IMG/VR virus record: IMGVR_UViG_3300036982_001423
DNA length: 64,000 nt
Source of the DNA: a virus
Lineage: Duplodnaviria > Heunggongvirae > Uroviricota > Caudoviricetes
Reading direction: 5' to 3' (one strand)
The notes below the pieces were generated by a model. That model worked only from the letters and a program-made list of their open reading frames with translations. It did no database searches and was not told the DNA's origin. Positions 47,385 through 56,459 of the stretch are shown here, one piece after another. Within the stretch, counting starts at the first letter, position 1, and every line of letters begins with the position of its first letter. The translations under genes were made by a program, and so were the position numbers.

Positions 47385-47412
47385 TTATATATACATTTTT
47401 AAGGTGAATTTC

Positions 47413-47613
47413 ATGGGAGATTATTGTCAACATGCGACGGTAGAGTATGTCATATTGAGTGGCAGTACTGAAACAGATGCAGAGATTGATGGCTTGTTAT
47501 TACTAATCCGGAACTCGTTACGAGAACAGTTCCCGTGTTGTATGGTAACAGTTGCTATTGAAGAAAAGTTAATCGAACAAACCCGCCCGATTGATGGGGC
47601 GAGTTACAGTTGA
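47413..47613 (+). CDS. hypothetical protein
   Basis: SD AAGGTGAATTTC-ATG. Confidence 0.45.
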   Translation: MGDYCQHATVEYVILSGSTETDAEIDGLLLLIRNSLREQFPCCMVTVAIEEKLIEQTRPIDGASYS

Positions 47614-47879
47614 TTGAATTACTATCAACCCTCATAAACGCTAGTGGTACGCTTTTATCCATAGCAGGTGCGGTCTACAATGCAAAAGGACACCACAAGT
47701 TCGCATTAGTGTTGTGGGCGGTCAGTAATTGCATCCTAATAGTGTTCTTTACGGGCGTAGCGTTAGGTTGGTTTGTATTGAACGGGGGTGCATGGTTACA
47801 GGTCGGACTTTACATAGTATTTTGTATAACGAGCTGTTACGGATACTGGAGAATCAACAAGAAGGAGAACCTAAAATGA
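47610..47879 (+). CDS. membrane protein (TTG start implied)
   Basis: 3 TM helices; no in-frame ATG near 5' end. Confidence 0.4.
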   Translation: MIELLSTLINASGTLLSIAGAVYNAKGHHKFALVLWAVSNCILIVFFTGVALGWFVLNGGAWLQVGLYIVFCITSCYGYWRINKKENLK

Positions 47880-48067
47880 CAGACCAGAAACAATTAGCCG
47901 AGAAACACAAGGAACTAGTAAAAGCCGAGAAATTACTGACCGATTACGGTCTGATGGTAATCTCGAAATACAACAAAATGATGATATCTGCGGTTATTGT
48001 AGCCGTAATAATCATCGGGATAGTCACGGGATTTTTTATCGGAGTAATAGTAGGAAGAATGGGGTGA
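47876..48067 (+). CDS. small membrane protein
   Basis: ATGA overlap; C-terminal TM helix. Confidence 0.5.
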   Translation: MTDQKQLAEKHKELVKAEKLLTDYGLMVISKYNKMMISAVIVAVIIIGIVTGFFIGVIVGRMG

Positions 48068-48273
48068 ACGGCATGGACGAAGATGAACTCACTGAGACGG
48101 AACTGGAACAGCGTGTCCGTGCATATACATGTAAACAATACCTGAAACGGAAAGGCTATATCTGCATGGATAAAACCGAATGGAATTGGTATGTCCAACG
48201 CAAACTTACATTCTTCGCAGCCATAGTAATATTCGCACTGGCAATTGGCATTATCATAGGTCAGGCGATGTAA
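48064..48273 (+). CDS. small membrane protein
   Basis: ATGA overlap; C-terminal TM helix. Confidence 0.5.
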   Translation: MNGMDEDELTETELEQRVRAYTCKQYLKRKGYICMDKTEWNWYVQRKLTFFAAIVIFALAIGIIIGQAM

Positions 48274-48722
48274 TGTTAGCGATCTTAAAATGTCCGAATT
48301 GCGGTAAAGTATATCCGGATTATAATGCAGGAAAGACGAGGGCATGTTGTCCGAATATTCAAGTATGTCAGGAAAAGTTCTGGATTGATAGTACGACAAT
48401 GATGAACGTAAAGTTCAGCACAGAATTCACTCCAGAACGAGATACTGCCTACATATACATCAATGTGTTCAACTCCAACTGTTATTTAGCCGTCAGAGCG
48501 TATTCTGAAGATGCAGGGAATTTCCTAGTAATCCCGTTAAGTGAACGCAAGATTGGCGAACTCACAAGAAAGAATACTTTATCAGCAATCCCGACAGATT
48601 TCAAGCACCAGTCTGCATGGGACGGGTTAGTTATCAAATCAGGTTGTTACCCGGTCAGTGCAGAGATGGAAAGAGAGATCCGGAAAAATCTATATGTTTC
48701 AGTACCAGAGGTTACAGCATGA
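48273..48722 (+). CDS. Zn-ribbon-containing protein
   Basis: CPNCGK...CCPNIQVC. Confidence 0.55.
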   Translation: MLAILKCPNCGKVYPDYNAGKTRACCPNIQVCQEKFWIDSTTMMNVKFSTEFTPERDTAYIYINVFNSNCYLAVRAYSEDAGNFLVIPLSERKIGELTRKNTLSAIPTDFKHQSAWDGLVIKSGCYPVSAEMEREIRKNLYVSVPEVTA

Positions 48723-49099
48723 AAACTACATATACACAAATTAACGTACCGTTTTACAACGAAATGATCAGGGCGATGTTCGACTGCGGAAAAGACAGGA
48801 CTTCAAGGTTTAAGAAGATCGGAAATGTAGGCGACCAGTTCGCATTAACGCACCCGGAAACTATGGAACAGCGATGGTGGATGATTGACGCGATCCAGAA
48901 ACATACGTTAGGTGAAGTAGCGATGCACATGTATAAGAAAGAAGGGTTTATATCAGAAGAAGATTTCATGCGGTTTTGGGTAAAGATGCATCCGACCAGA
49001 GTTACACCGACGCATCAAGTATTTGTACATATTCTAAAACCAGTGGAGAATGAACATGCAACACCCTCAAAAACCGGACAACAGACTTTGCAAGAATAA
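48719..49099 (+). CDS. hypothetical protein
   Basis: ATGA overlap. Confidence 0.55.
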   Translation: MKTTYTQINVPFYNEMIRAMFDCGKDRTSRFKKIGNVGDQFALTHPETMEQRWWMIDAIQKHTLGEVAMHMYKKEGFISEEDFMRFWVKMHPTRVTPTHQVFVHILKPVENEHATPSKTGQQTLQE

Positions 49100-49307
49100 C
49101 GAATTAGAGGCACAGATACTCGAAGCGTTATCCGAAAAACCGTGGTTATCTTCACAGCAGATTTACGATAAAATCAATTGTAAATATAAAATAAGGACTG
49201 TAAGGTATCATCTAAAGAAGATGATGATAGAGAACCGTATAAAAACGGGACATAAATTATCGAATATGTTAATAACAATGTATGCAATTAAGGAGGAGAA
49301 AACTTAA
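49050..49307 (+). CDS. possible wHTH DNA-binding protein
   Basis: LSSQQIYDKINCKYKIRTVRYHLKKMMIENRIK. Confidence 0.45.
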   Translation: MNMQHPQKPDNRLCKNNELEAQILEALSEKPWLSSQQIYDKINCKYKIRTVRYHLKKMMIENRIKTGHKLSNMLITMYAIKEEKT

Positions 49308-49309
49308 TC

Positions 49310-50014
49310 ATGTCTTTAGCAAAAAAATTAGCAGCGTGTTTTATTATATTAGCAGTCTTTATTATTTTAACGACACCCCTATCAGAAAGTTCAGCGTTAT
49401 TGGGGGGTAGTATTCCGGGCGTATTAACGTGTTTAGGTGTAGTTATAATTATAGAATGGATATGGAAAAAATTACCCGATATATGGGCAGAAAAAAAATC
49501 ACAAGATGAAATTTATGGAGATAACAGTATGGCAGTAGCAAAGAAAACCGTAATGAAAAAGAAACCGAAAGCCGAACCGGGATTGTTCCAGAAGTTCAGT
49601 GCATATGTAGCCAAGAACCGTGCTGCGAATGCGAAATCTGGCGAACCTTCATTGACAGACGAATTCTCGAAAATGGGTGCAGATTGGGGTAAGAATTTAA
49701 CGAAAGGCATGGCAGAAGTCGGCAGGTCAGAGGAGGAGAAACTATCAGGTAAAACCAAAAAACCTGTAACGGGTACGTTCCAAGACGACGATGATTACGC
49801 CCAAGATACCTTATTTGGAGGTAAGAAAACAAAACCCGTTTCTCAACCTACACAAACAATCCGTAACGATCCATTAATAGACGACGGCGAGATCAAGATT
49901 ACGTTTTTAGAGTCGGGTAAATTGATAATCCAACGGTCTTCTGGTTCGGGTGTTGCGTTAGACAAATCCGAACAAATGCGTGTATATACATTACTGAAAA
50001 AACTAATCGGGTGA
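49310..50014 (+). CDS. membrane-anchored protein
   Basis: SD AAGGAGGAGAAAACTTAATC-ATG; two N-terminal TM helices. Confidence 0.6.
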   Translation: MSLAKKLAACFIILAVFIILTTPLSESSALLGGSIPGVLTCLGVVIIIEWIWKKLPDIWAEKKSQDEIYGDNSMAVAKKTVMKKKPKAEPGLFQKFSAYVAKNRAANAKSGEPSLTDEFSKMGADWGKNLTKGMAEVGRSEEEKLSGKTKKPVTGTFQDDDDYAQDTLFGGKKTKPVSQPTQTIRNDPLIDDGEIKITFLESGKLIIQRSSGSGVALDKSEQMRVYTLLKKLIG

Positions 50015-50244
50015 TGGGTATGGATTTCACAATCCCGATAGAAGATGTAAAAAAACTCTGTGTGATGCTGCGTATGCGTGAAACGGATCGTTGGGAAGAA
50101 GTCGGCAGACCGAAAAACGACGGATATATTAACGGTTCGCATTCAGGATACGGTCACGCATTGAGGGATGTCGAGCAATGGTTAGGATACATTGAAACAG
50201 CATTGAAGGCGAAACAAAATGACAAATCAAACAATTCAGATTGA
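50014..50244 (+). CDS. hypothetical protein
   Basis: TGATG overlap. Confidence 0.5.
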   Translation: MGMDFTIPIEDVKKLCVMLRMRETDRWEEVGRPKNDGYINGSHSGYGHALRDVEQWLGYIETALKAKQNDKSNNSD

Positions 50245-50368
50245 ACCCACACCTTTAGAAGTTATTACTCTTACAACTGCGTTAAGTCTGGTTATCATTC
50301 TAGTAACAATCGGGATATTAGTCATAATATCTACAATCCCGCAACTTCCAAAAGGAGGTTCATTATGA
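50219..50368 (+). CDS. small membrane protein (49 aa)
   Basis: TM helix; followed by GGAGG of next gene. Confidence 0.4.
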   Translation: MTNQTIQIEPTPLEVITLTTALSLVIILVTIGILVIISTIPQLPKGGSL

Positions 50369-50580
50369 TCGATGATGTATATGCATTACTAACATGGCTT
50401 GAAGACCAGTCGTTAGAGTGTCATAATAAAAAAGGTAAAAAGGGTTTAACATTGATAGACGACCACGGATATTTCATGCAGGAACAGGCGTATAATCGTG
50501 TAATCTATTATATCAAAACAATGGGGAAACCAACACCCCCCTACAAACACGAGAACCAAGCGGGTGAGAATAGGTGGTAA
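50365..50580 (+). CDS. hypothetical protein
   Basis: SD AAAGGAGGTTCATT-ATG. Confidence 0.55.
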   Translation: MIDDVYALLTWLEDQSLECHNKKGKKGLTLIDDHGYFMQEQAYNRVIYYIKTMGKPTPPYKHENQAGENRW

Positions 50581-50813
50581 TATTAGTGAACCCAACCCCC
50601 TTCGAAGTATATTGTGCAGGACAATGTTTAATCCTATCCTCAGGAATATATTTAACAATCTCTGTAATCTACTTGTGCGTATCAAATTCAAACTTAACTC
50701 AAGCAGGAGTGATATTCCAATCTATAATTACAGTAGGTCTTCTAATAGGTGGTTGTACTGCGGCGTTTGTAGGGATATATCATGACGAAAACGAGGTAAA
50801 AATATGGAAATGA
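50574..50813 (+). CDS. membrane protein (GTG start implied)
   Basis: TM helices; start uncertain. Confidence 0.4.
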   Translation: MVILVNPTPFEVYCAGQCLILSSGIYLTISVIYLCVSNSNLTQAGVIFQSIITVGLLIGGCTAAFVGIYHDENEVKIWK

Positions 50814-51067
50814 TAAAGAAAATTTTAGATTATGCCAAAGCCAATCGTGATGCAAACATTGTAAACGAAATCACCGATTATGGAAACGGCATCCTATATT
50901 TTCAAGCCGAAAACGGATACAATCCCTTTGGGAAAACATTATCAAAATACTTAAAAGAAAATTCATCTCTCAAAGTAATTTCAATCGCTTCTTATATTGA
51001 CCAGCGGGGAGGATTTGCGGGAACTACAGTAGGATATTTTGTCATTATGGGTGTGAGGGTATCATGA
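50804..51067 (+). CDS. hypothetical protein
   Basis: 87-aa ORF. Confidence 0.5.
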   Translation: MEMIKKILDYAKANRDANIVNEITDYGNGILYFQAENGYNPFGKTLSKYLKENSSLKVISIASYIDQRGGFAGTTVGYFVIMGVRVS

Positions 51068-51504
51068 ACTTCAGAGTTGAGTTATTAATATACCTCATTA
51101 TGGTCGTTTTAGTCTTGATAATAAGCTCAATGTTAATACTTTTTATCAGCAACCAAGTACCCGTAACCATCCCGTCATCACAAGACCCGCATATCAACAC
51201 AATAGGTTACGCACAACATTATGTAAAATTCACGATTTTCCCGAACCAAGAAGGATTAACTGTAACGGTAAAAGGAGAACCCGCTACTTGTAATGTCCCG
51301 GCACCGATGGTATATTGCGATCCGGAAGTCTTGAATAAAACTCAAATTACGATGATCGGTATGACTGATAGCAATTCCACCGTTACGTTTCCTATGGATA
51401 AAACCATTAAATATTACGTAACTCTCCCGGAACGGCATATCAGTGTAGAAATATATCCGAGAGACTCGGAATATAAATTGTATGGGAGGATATATGACGA
51501 CTGA
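51064..51504 (+). CDS. membrane-anchored protein
   Basis: N-terminal TM helix. Confidence 0.55.
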   Translation: MNFRVELLIYLIMVVLVLIISSMLILFISNQVPVTIPSSQDPHINTIGYAQHYVKFTIFPNQEGLTVTVKGEPATCNVPAPMVYCDPEVLNKTQITMIGMTDSNSTVTFPMDKTIKYYVTLPERHISVEIYPRDSEYKLYGRIYDD

Positions 51505-51745
51505 AGAATATCCGGAAGGAGGTCTGAACCATTTAGCGTCTGGTGTATATACAGTTACGAAAACGTTCTGCACCCAGATGGATTGTATCAACCGCACAAG
51601 TTGTCACGATAAAGAAGGTGTGAATGCCGAGATTGGTTTATTAGACAAAGACGCTGGTTGCTATATGATCTGCCACGAATATCAGGTCGTATTATCGGAT
51701 AAAGAACAGGATAAAAAAGTATATTGGGCGAGGAAACAGATATGA
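51494..51745 (+). CDS. Cys-rich protein
   Basis: SD GGGAGGATAT-ATG; C..C...C...C..C. Confidence 0.55.
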   Translation: MTTEEYPEGGLNHLASGVYTVTKTFCTQMDCINRTSCHDKEGVNAEIGLLDKDAGCYMICHEYQVVLSDKEQDKKVYWARKQI

Positions 51746-51927
51746 AAGGCACAAATCACGCCCTTATACGTGCAAAAACCAGAGAAATATCTAATCTCAT
51801 CAACAACTTAAAAATGTATATAGATTTCAAATCATTAGTGTTCGTAAAAGAAGGCGATAAATATTCGGGGATCATCATAATGTTCGATGAACCGATTGAT
51901 ATCAACAACGAGGAAAAACATGATTAA
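51742..51927 (+). CDS. hypothetical protein
   Basis: ATGA overlap. Confidence 0.5.
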   Translation: MKGTNHALIRAKTREISNLINNLKMYIDFKSLVFVKEGDKYSGIIIMFDEPIDINNEEKHD

Positions 51928-52348
51928 ACGAGTAGCACTTATATTTTTACTAATCATTCTAATGACCGTCCCCGTCCAAGCGGGATATATGGTATTACAG
52001 AATGGTACAGACCGGAATGTTATTGGCGGTTCGTATACATGGACAGCAGATGGCAGAACATATAGCCCGGATGGAAAGATTACGTGGTATGAAACAGGTA
52101 ATGAAAATCACGTTAAAGGCGGATTTAATGCAGTTGCACACGGAACTATTACGTTAGATACGGGCAGGTCAATTCAATGGGAATTAGGTCGCACAAAAAC
52201 CCCGTATTACTGGAAAACACTATCTTGTAAAGGGACATGCACGTTTAAAATGACAGGCAATTTCTATGCGAATGGGAAATACATTGGCGTCTATGACGTT
52301 ATAGGTGAGGGTACATGGGCAGGATTTACTGCCCCGATGAAGGTGTAA
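51920..52348 (+). CDS. secreted/exported protein with signal peptide
   Basis: MIKRVALIFLLIILMTVPVQA signal-like N-terminus. Confidence 0.55.
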   Translation: MIKRVALIFLLIILMTVPVQAGYMVLQNGTDRNVIGGSYTWTADGRTYSPDGKITWYETGNENHVKGGFNAVAHGTITLDTGRSIQWELGRTKTPYYWKTLSCKGTCTFKMTGNFYANGKYIGVYDVIGEGTWAGFTAPMKV

Positions 52349-52351
52349 CGT

Positions 52352-52522
52352 ATGAGTAAAACTACAATTGGGAATTGTGTCCATTGTGGAAAACCTTTTG
52401 ATGATAGCACGACAATATGGTACATGAAGAGCAACCCGTATCATCCAGCCTGTATACGTAGGAATCGGGAACTGTTAGACGAGTGGCGAGCAACCGCATG
52501 GACACAGAAAGAGATTATGTGA
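52352..52522 (+). CDS. small Zn-ribbon protein, paralog of 54410..54562
   Basis: CVHCGKPF...YHPACIRRNRELLDEW vs CPECGMEI...YHPVCVMDNKNLLAQW. Confidence 0.5.
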   Translation: MSKTTIGNCVHCGKPFDDSTTIWYMKSNPYHPACIRRNRELLDEWRATAWTQKEIM

Positions 52523-52528
52523 TTACAG

Positions 52529-52882
52529 ATGGCAAATTCAGCTAAGGTCGAGAAAGAAGAACGGATTTGGGATGACCCAATGCCGGTAGATCAGAAAATC
52601 CCGGTAGCGTTATCCAGTAAACATTTAATCGAGCAGCAAACGGTATTCTTACAGGACAATCCGGAATACATATACAGATACTTACAGGATATGCGGTGGA
52701 ACAACCAACGGGCGACAGGATATACATTTGGATTACTTTTTATCTGTATTGGTGTTATGATACATTTCATGCCGTTACTGTTACCCGAAATGACAAACGA
52801 TGATTTAATCGTGTCGTTTCTATTAGGTGGAGTCGGTATGTTCATAATCGCAACGGTGATGGCGAAGGTGCAACAAGTATGA
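52529..52882 (+). CDS. membrane protein
   Basis: two TM helices. Confidence 0.55.
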   Translation: MANSAKVEKEERIWDDPMPVDQKIPVALSSKHLIEQQTVFLQDNPEYIYRYLQDMRWNNQRATGYTFGLLFICIGVMIHFMPLLLPEMTNDDLIVSFLLGGVGMFIIATVMAKVQQV

Positions 52883-53160
52883 GCGTAGTATCGACAATGA
52901 TCCATCGTGGTGATTACGCAGAGCGTATCCAGAAAATATATGCCTATGTGAAAAAGAAAAACGATAAATCATTTACTTATCAAGAACTGGTAAAGAAAAT
53001 CCCGGAGTTCCATCAGGCATACTTGAAAAGCATGCGGGAATCTAATGTCATTAAGTTACTGAACGGAAAACGTAAAGTAACCTCTACGAACAAGAAACAT
53101 CCGACAGTATGGGTATTTACTACAGAAGCTCTTTTTCTATTGGAACAGACAAGCCGGTGA
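52879..53160 (+). CDS. hypothetical protein
   Basis: ATGA overlap. Confidence 0.5.
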   Translation: MSVVSTMIHRGDYAERIQKIYAYVKKKNDKSFTYQELVKKIPEFHQAYLKSMRESNVIKLLNGKRKVTSTNKKHPTVWVFTTEALFLLEQTSR

Positions 53161-53165
53161 GTAGG

Positions 53166-53720
53166 ATGCCAATTACTAGTAAGAAAAGCAAACGCAATTA
53201 CCCGCACCACATTGTTTTAGATAAAGACGACACCGATACCCTAGTGGAGAACTTGTTTACTCATAAAACTACAGGGAACAGTAGCGAATGGATACCGAAC
53301 TATATCCCGCAGGATGTATATGCACCGTATCAATGGGGTAATAGCACATATCCGAGTAATATCCCATCAATCTCTAATCCGTCAGTTCCCCCGGCTAAAC
53401 AACAGTTCAATCCGGAAGACCATCAGGGTAAATACTGTGCGCACGTTCACCTTACATATCACGGTGTAGAGCATACGGGTATACTGTTTGTAAAAAAATG
53501 CGGGCATTGGAAATTACTAGAGTATAATGGCGCTAAAATAGCGGGCGGTAATTCCGGTTCATTCGAAGCGGAATGCAAGAAAGGTATATTAAAAATCGAA
53601 GTTATCCATGTCTTATACGACGCAGATAAACCGATAGTGCAACCTGCAAAAGAACTGGAAGGGTATGGCGAGTTAGACATTTTAGATATTATTGGCGAGA
53701 ATGGGTTGGAGATATCATGA
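53166..53720 (+). CDS. protein with C-terminal LDILDIIGENGLEIS tag (family of 3)
   Basis: C-terminal tag shared with 27200..27502 and 42550..43179. Confidence 0.55.
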   Translation: MPITSKKSKRNYPHHIVLDKDDTDTLVENLFTHKTTGNSSEWIPNYIPQDVYAPYQWGNSTYPSNIPSISNPSVPPAKQQFNPEDHQGKYCAHVHLTYHGVEHTGILFVKKCGHWKLLEYNGAKIAGGNSGSFEAECKKGILKIEVIHVLYDADKPIVQPAKELEGYGELDILDIIGENGLEIS

Positions 53721-53878
53721 GTGCAAACAAAAGCAAATATATGGTGGTCACACAAGTTTTCCTAAAAAAAGATTACCCGGAGAAGAATGTGTTGTTATCA
53801 GAAACAACATTATTTTTCAGTAGGAAAAAAGATGCAAACTGTCAAGCACAACCTATATTTCAAAAGGAGATACCATGA
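53717..53878 (+). CDS. small hypothetical protein (53 aa)
   Basis: ATGA overlaps at both ends. Confidence 0.4.
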   Translation: MSANKSKYMVVTQVFLKKDYPEKNVLLSETTLFFSRKKDANCQAQPIFQKEIP

Positions 53879-54147
53879 ACCCCAAACCAAACTGTGACAC
53901 ATGCCCGAAAAATCATACGAAAGATTGCCCGATTGACTATGAAAAGTCAAATGGCAATTCAGATATTTTTGATGGGATGAGCCGTGTAAGAAATAATTGC
54001 ATAATGGCATGTCACCCCTTCGCCCGTCAATGGTTGGTGGAAGATATTGTGAAGGAGTTGGAAATGCTGAAAGAAAACAAACAACTGAACATGGATTTTG
54101 TAACGTATAGTAAGATAATCTTAATTATACGGGGTGTTAAAAAATGA
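53875..54147 (+). CDS. Cys/His-containing protein
   Basis: SD AAGGAGATACC-ATG; CDTC...H..C. Confidence 0.55.
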   Translation: MNPKPNCDTCPKNHTKDCPIDYEKSNGNSDIFDGMSRVRNNCIMACHPFARQWLVEDIVKELEMLKENKQLNMDFVTYSKIILIIRGVKK

Positions 54148-54413
54148 ATTACATTATATCAGAGGAACAACTATCAGACCTCGAAGATTATCGGGACAGT
54201 GCATATACAGAACAGATATTAGTTATCGGTTCGTTAGTTCGGGACATGCCATTAGAACAGGAGTTAAGATCTTTTGGAGAGAAAATATTAGACGACCTGT
54301 GTAACCTGTTTCGGTGGACGAACAAAGAGGCGAATTTCAGACCGTGGAATATCGGGCATATTGAAGATGTACTACGGGCATATCGTGAAAAATACAGGGT
54401 GAAACCAGAATGA
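54144..54413 (+). CDS. hypothetical protein
   Basis: ATGA overlap. Confidence 0.55.
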   Translation: MNYIISEEQLSDLEDYRDSAYTEQILVIGSLVRDMPLEQELRSFGEKILDDLCNLFRWTNKEANFRPWNIGHIEDVLRAYREKYRVKPE

Positions 54414-54562
54414 CACTGTTATGTCCCGAATGCGGGATGGAGATACGGATGGGTAAGAAAGTATATTTCTTACGAGGCAAATCCTATCATCCGGTATGCG
54501 TGATGGATAATAAAAATCTATTAGCACAATGGAAAGTAAAGAGAGAAGGTGATGATCGGTAA
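54410..54562 (+). CDS. small Zn-ribbon protein, paralog of 52352..52522
   Basis: see 52352..52522. Confidence 0.5.
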   Translation: MTLLCPECGMEIRMGKKVYFLRGKSYHPVCVMDNKNLLAQWKVKREGDDR

Positions 54563-54621
54563 TCTCAATTATTTACTGATCAGATTACGAAATAGAGCGA
54601 TTAAAAGGAGTTTAAAAAAAT

Positions 54622-54828
54622 ATGATATTAGAAATTATAATTGGATTTGTTATAGGAAGCACATTCACTATAACCTGTTATGAATGGTCGAACCTTAGAG
54701 ATACATACCGTAAAAAGAAAGAAGATAAAATGTTCAACAAACTAAAAAAAGAGATCACATCAGACCTTCTTGAACGCATACAAAATATAGAGAAACAAAT
54801 GAAAGAGTTAAAGGAGTTAAAATCATGA
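54622..54828 (+). CDS. membrane-anchored coiled-coil protein
   Basis: SD AAAAGGAGTTTAAAAAAAT-ATG; TM helix. Confidence 0.5.
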   Translation: MILEIIIGFVIGSTFTITCYEWSNLRDTYRKKKEDKMFNKLKKEITSDLLERIQNIEKQMKELKELKS

Positions 54829-55181
54829 CGACACAACTAATTAAATGCACATGTAAATCAGAATTTCAGGACGCAATGTATGGACAGGGGATCAGAGTAG
54901 GGAATACTACCTCAAGTAGCCAGTATAGGTGTACTGTATGCAGCACCGTTAGCGGCACAAAAACTGCATCTACAGTAAAAGCACCCGTAATTGCAGCAGC
55001 TACGGCAGCCATTGAGAAAGAGAAGGGGAAAGAGAAAGCCGTATCAGAAGCAGCGTCAAAGAAATCAAGTAAAGGCGGTAGCAGTAAATCGAAATCCAAG
55101 AAAGCCGTAAAAGCAGGCGGCAGCAAGGATATCAAGAAAGAGCCAAAGAAACAAAAGAGCGTGAAGGGGACTAAGAGATGA
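54825..55181 (+). CDS. Zn-ribbon protein with lysine/alanine-rich histone-H1-like tail; candidate DNA-binding/packaging protein
   Basis: CTCKS...CTVCS then KGKEKAVSEAASKKSSKGGSSKSKSKKAVKAGGSKDIKKEPKKQKSVKGTKR. Confidence 0.6.
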   Translation: MTTQLIKCTCKSEFQDAMYGQGIRVGNTTSSSQYRCTVCSTVSGTKTASTVKAPVIAAATAAIEKEKGKEKAVSEAASKKSSKGGSSKSKSKKAVKAGGSKDIKKEPKKQKSVKGTKR

Positions 55182-55333
55182 TCCTCCCCCGATTAAGCGA
55201 TAGAGAGATTGCCGAGCAATACAGCAAAATCTCTGGATTATCTAACCCTTCAGAACGATTACAACTAATCCAGATCGAGCTACAATTTCGCATAATTGAG
55301 GAATTAAGGATATTATATGGCGCAACTCACTAA
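55178..55333 (+). CDS. small hypothetical protein
   Basis: ATGA overlap. Confidence 0.4.
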   Translation: MILPRLSDREIAEQYSKISGLSNPSERLQLIQIELQFRIIEELRILYGATH

Positions 55334-55496
55334 CGTAATAGTAACCCCCAGTATGATCATTGAATATCTGGAAATGAAAAGCAAAGAGCAAGACCTAAAC
55401 AACCAATCAAAAGAACCGAAAAACACACTCGTACAATTCCTAAAAAACCAATCAAAAGAACCGGAAAGCACAATTATACAATTCCAAGAACCGTGA
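55317..55496 (+). CDS. small repeat-containing protein (59 aa)
   Basis: contains 2 x about 42-bp tandem DNA repeat encoding NQSKEPxxT..QF. Confidence 0.4.
   Translation: MAQLTNVIVTPSMIIEYLEMKSKEQDLNNQSKEPKNTLVQFLKNQSKEPESTIIQFQEP
55393..55480. repeat. two tandem units of about 44 bp (AACCAATCAAAAGAACCGRAAARCACA...TACAATTCC)
   Basis: read from sequence. Confidence 0.7.
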
Positions 55497-55502
55497 TCTC
55501 GT

Positions 55503-55811
55503 ATGTGTGCGGATGATACTGAAGGAATAGTTGATATGTTTTGGGGGGGTTTGTATAATATATATAAATCCCTCAAACGCTGGTATACGGGTATTACTCG
55601 CAACTGCGATTGTAAGTATTGGAGAAAAAAAGATCATTGTCATTATTATTACGCTATTTATCCATCTGTCCACGAAATGCCACGATGTAAAGGATGGAAA
55701 GTATGTCCACAGTGTATTGAAACACATAATTTCTGCGATTACGAGAATATCCCCGCCACCACTAGATTCAAAAAGAAATTAAATAACCAAATTGGAGGCA
55801 ATCATGTGTGA
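55503..55811 (+). CDS. Cys-rich protein, paralog A (LKRWYTGITxNCDC family)
   Basis: tandem paralog of 55804..56190. Confidence 0.55.
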   Translation: MCADDTEGIVDMFWGGLYNIYKSLKRWYTGITRNCDCKYWRKKDHCHYYYAIYPSVHEMPRCKGWKVCPQCIETHNFCDYENIPATTRFKKKLNNQIGGNHV

Positions 55812-56190
55812 AGATGCAGGAGGAATAAACGCTATTATATCTACTTTTAAGAGAGATTATCACAACCTTAAACGTTGGTATACAGGTATCACTCATAACT
55901 GTGATTGTAATTCATGGCATAAAAAACACTGTCTATTTTATGGAATAGACCCCCTACCCCTTTGTATTGGGTGGAAAACATGTCCACAGTTCAAGGAGAA
56001 ATCAAATGGTAGTTCTCAACCAATTTACGACGGTATTCCCGCCACCGCACGGTTCAAAAAGAAATTCCTAGCGTATGCGAATACTGATAGGGGTGCGTGG
56101 GTAGTAGCTGCCGGGTGTTTAGCCGGGATTATGCTGCTCGATGGATTTCTGATGGGGGTAATCACTGGCACGTTCCAGTTCGTTTTGTGA
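55804..56190 (+). CDS. Cys-rich protein, paralog B with C-terminal TM helix
   Basis: LKRWYTGITHNCDCNSWHKK...IPATARFKKK; 3' end duplicated again at 56355..56400. Confidence 0.55.
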   Translation: MCEDAGGINAIISTFKRDYHNLKRWYTGITHNCDCNSWHKKHCLFYGIDPLPLCIGWKTCPQFKEKSNGSSQPIYDGIPATARFKKKFLAYANTDRGAWVVAAGCLAGIMLLDGFLMGVITGTFQFVL

Positions 56191-56404
56191 AGATCAGGAT
56201 CGGTGAAATAAATGATTTGTCCGGGATGTATTTTAGCAGGGATTGCGATTTGGTATGCGTTATTTTGGGATAAAACAAAAGCATGGGTTTCAAAAAAGTA
56301 TAAATTACTCAAAGGTGAAGAACAAATTTGATTGAATGTATATGCAGGTAATAACTTTCTGATGCGGATAATTACTGGCACGTTCAAGTTCGTTTTGTAA
56401 AGAA

Positions 56405-56439
56405 TATATATATATACCCCAAGCACCTTATTACTATTA
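56405..56439 (+). promoter_or_regulatory. conserved promoter element TATATATATATA-N9-CCTTATTACTATTA (copy 3)
   Basis: see 6881..6915. Confidence 0.55.
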
Positions 56440-56459
56440 TTCAATAAGGATGTGAATCT

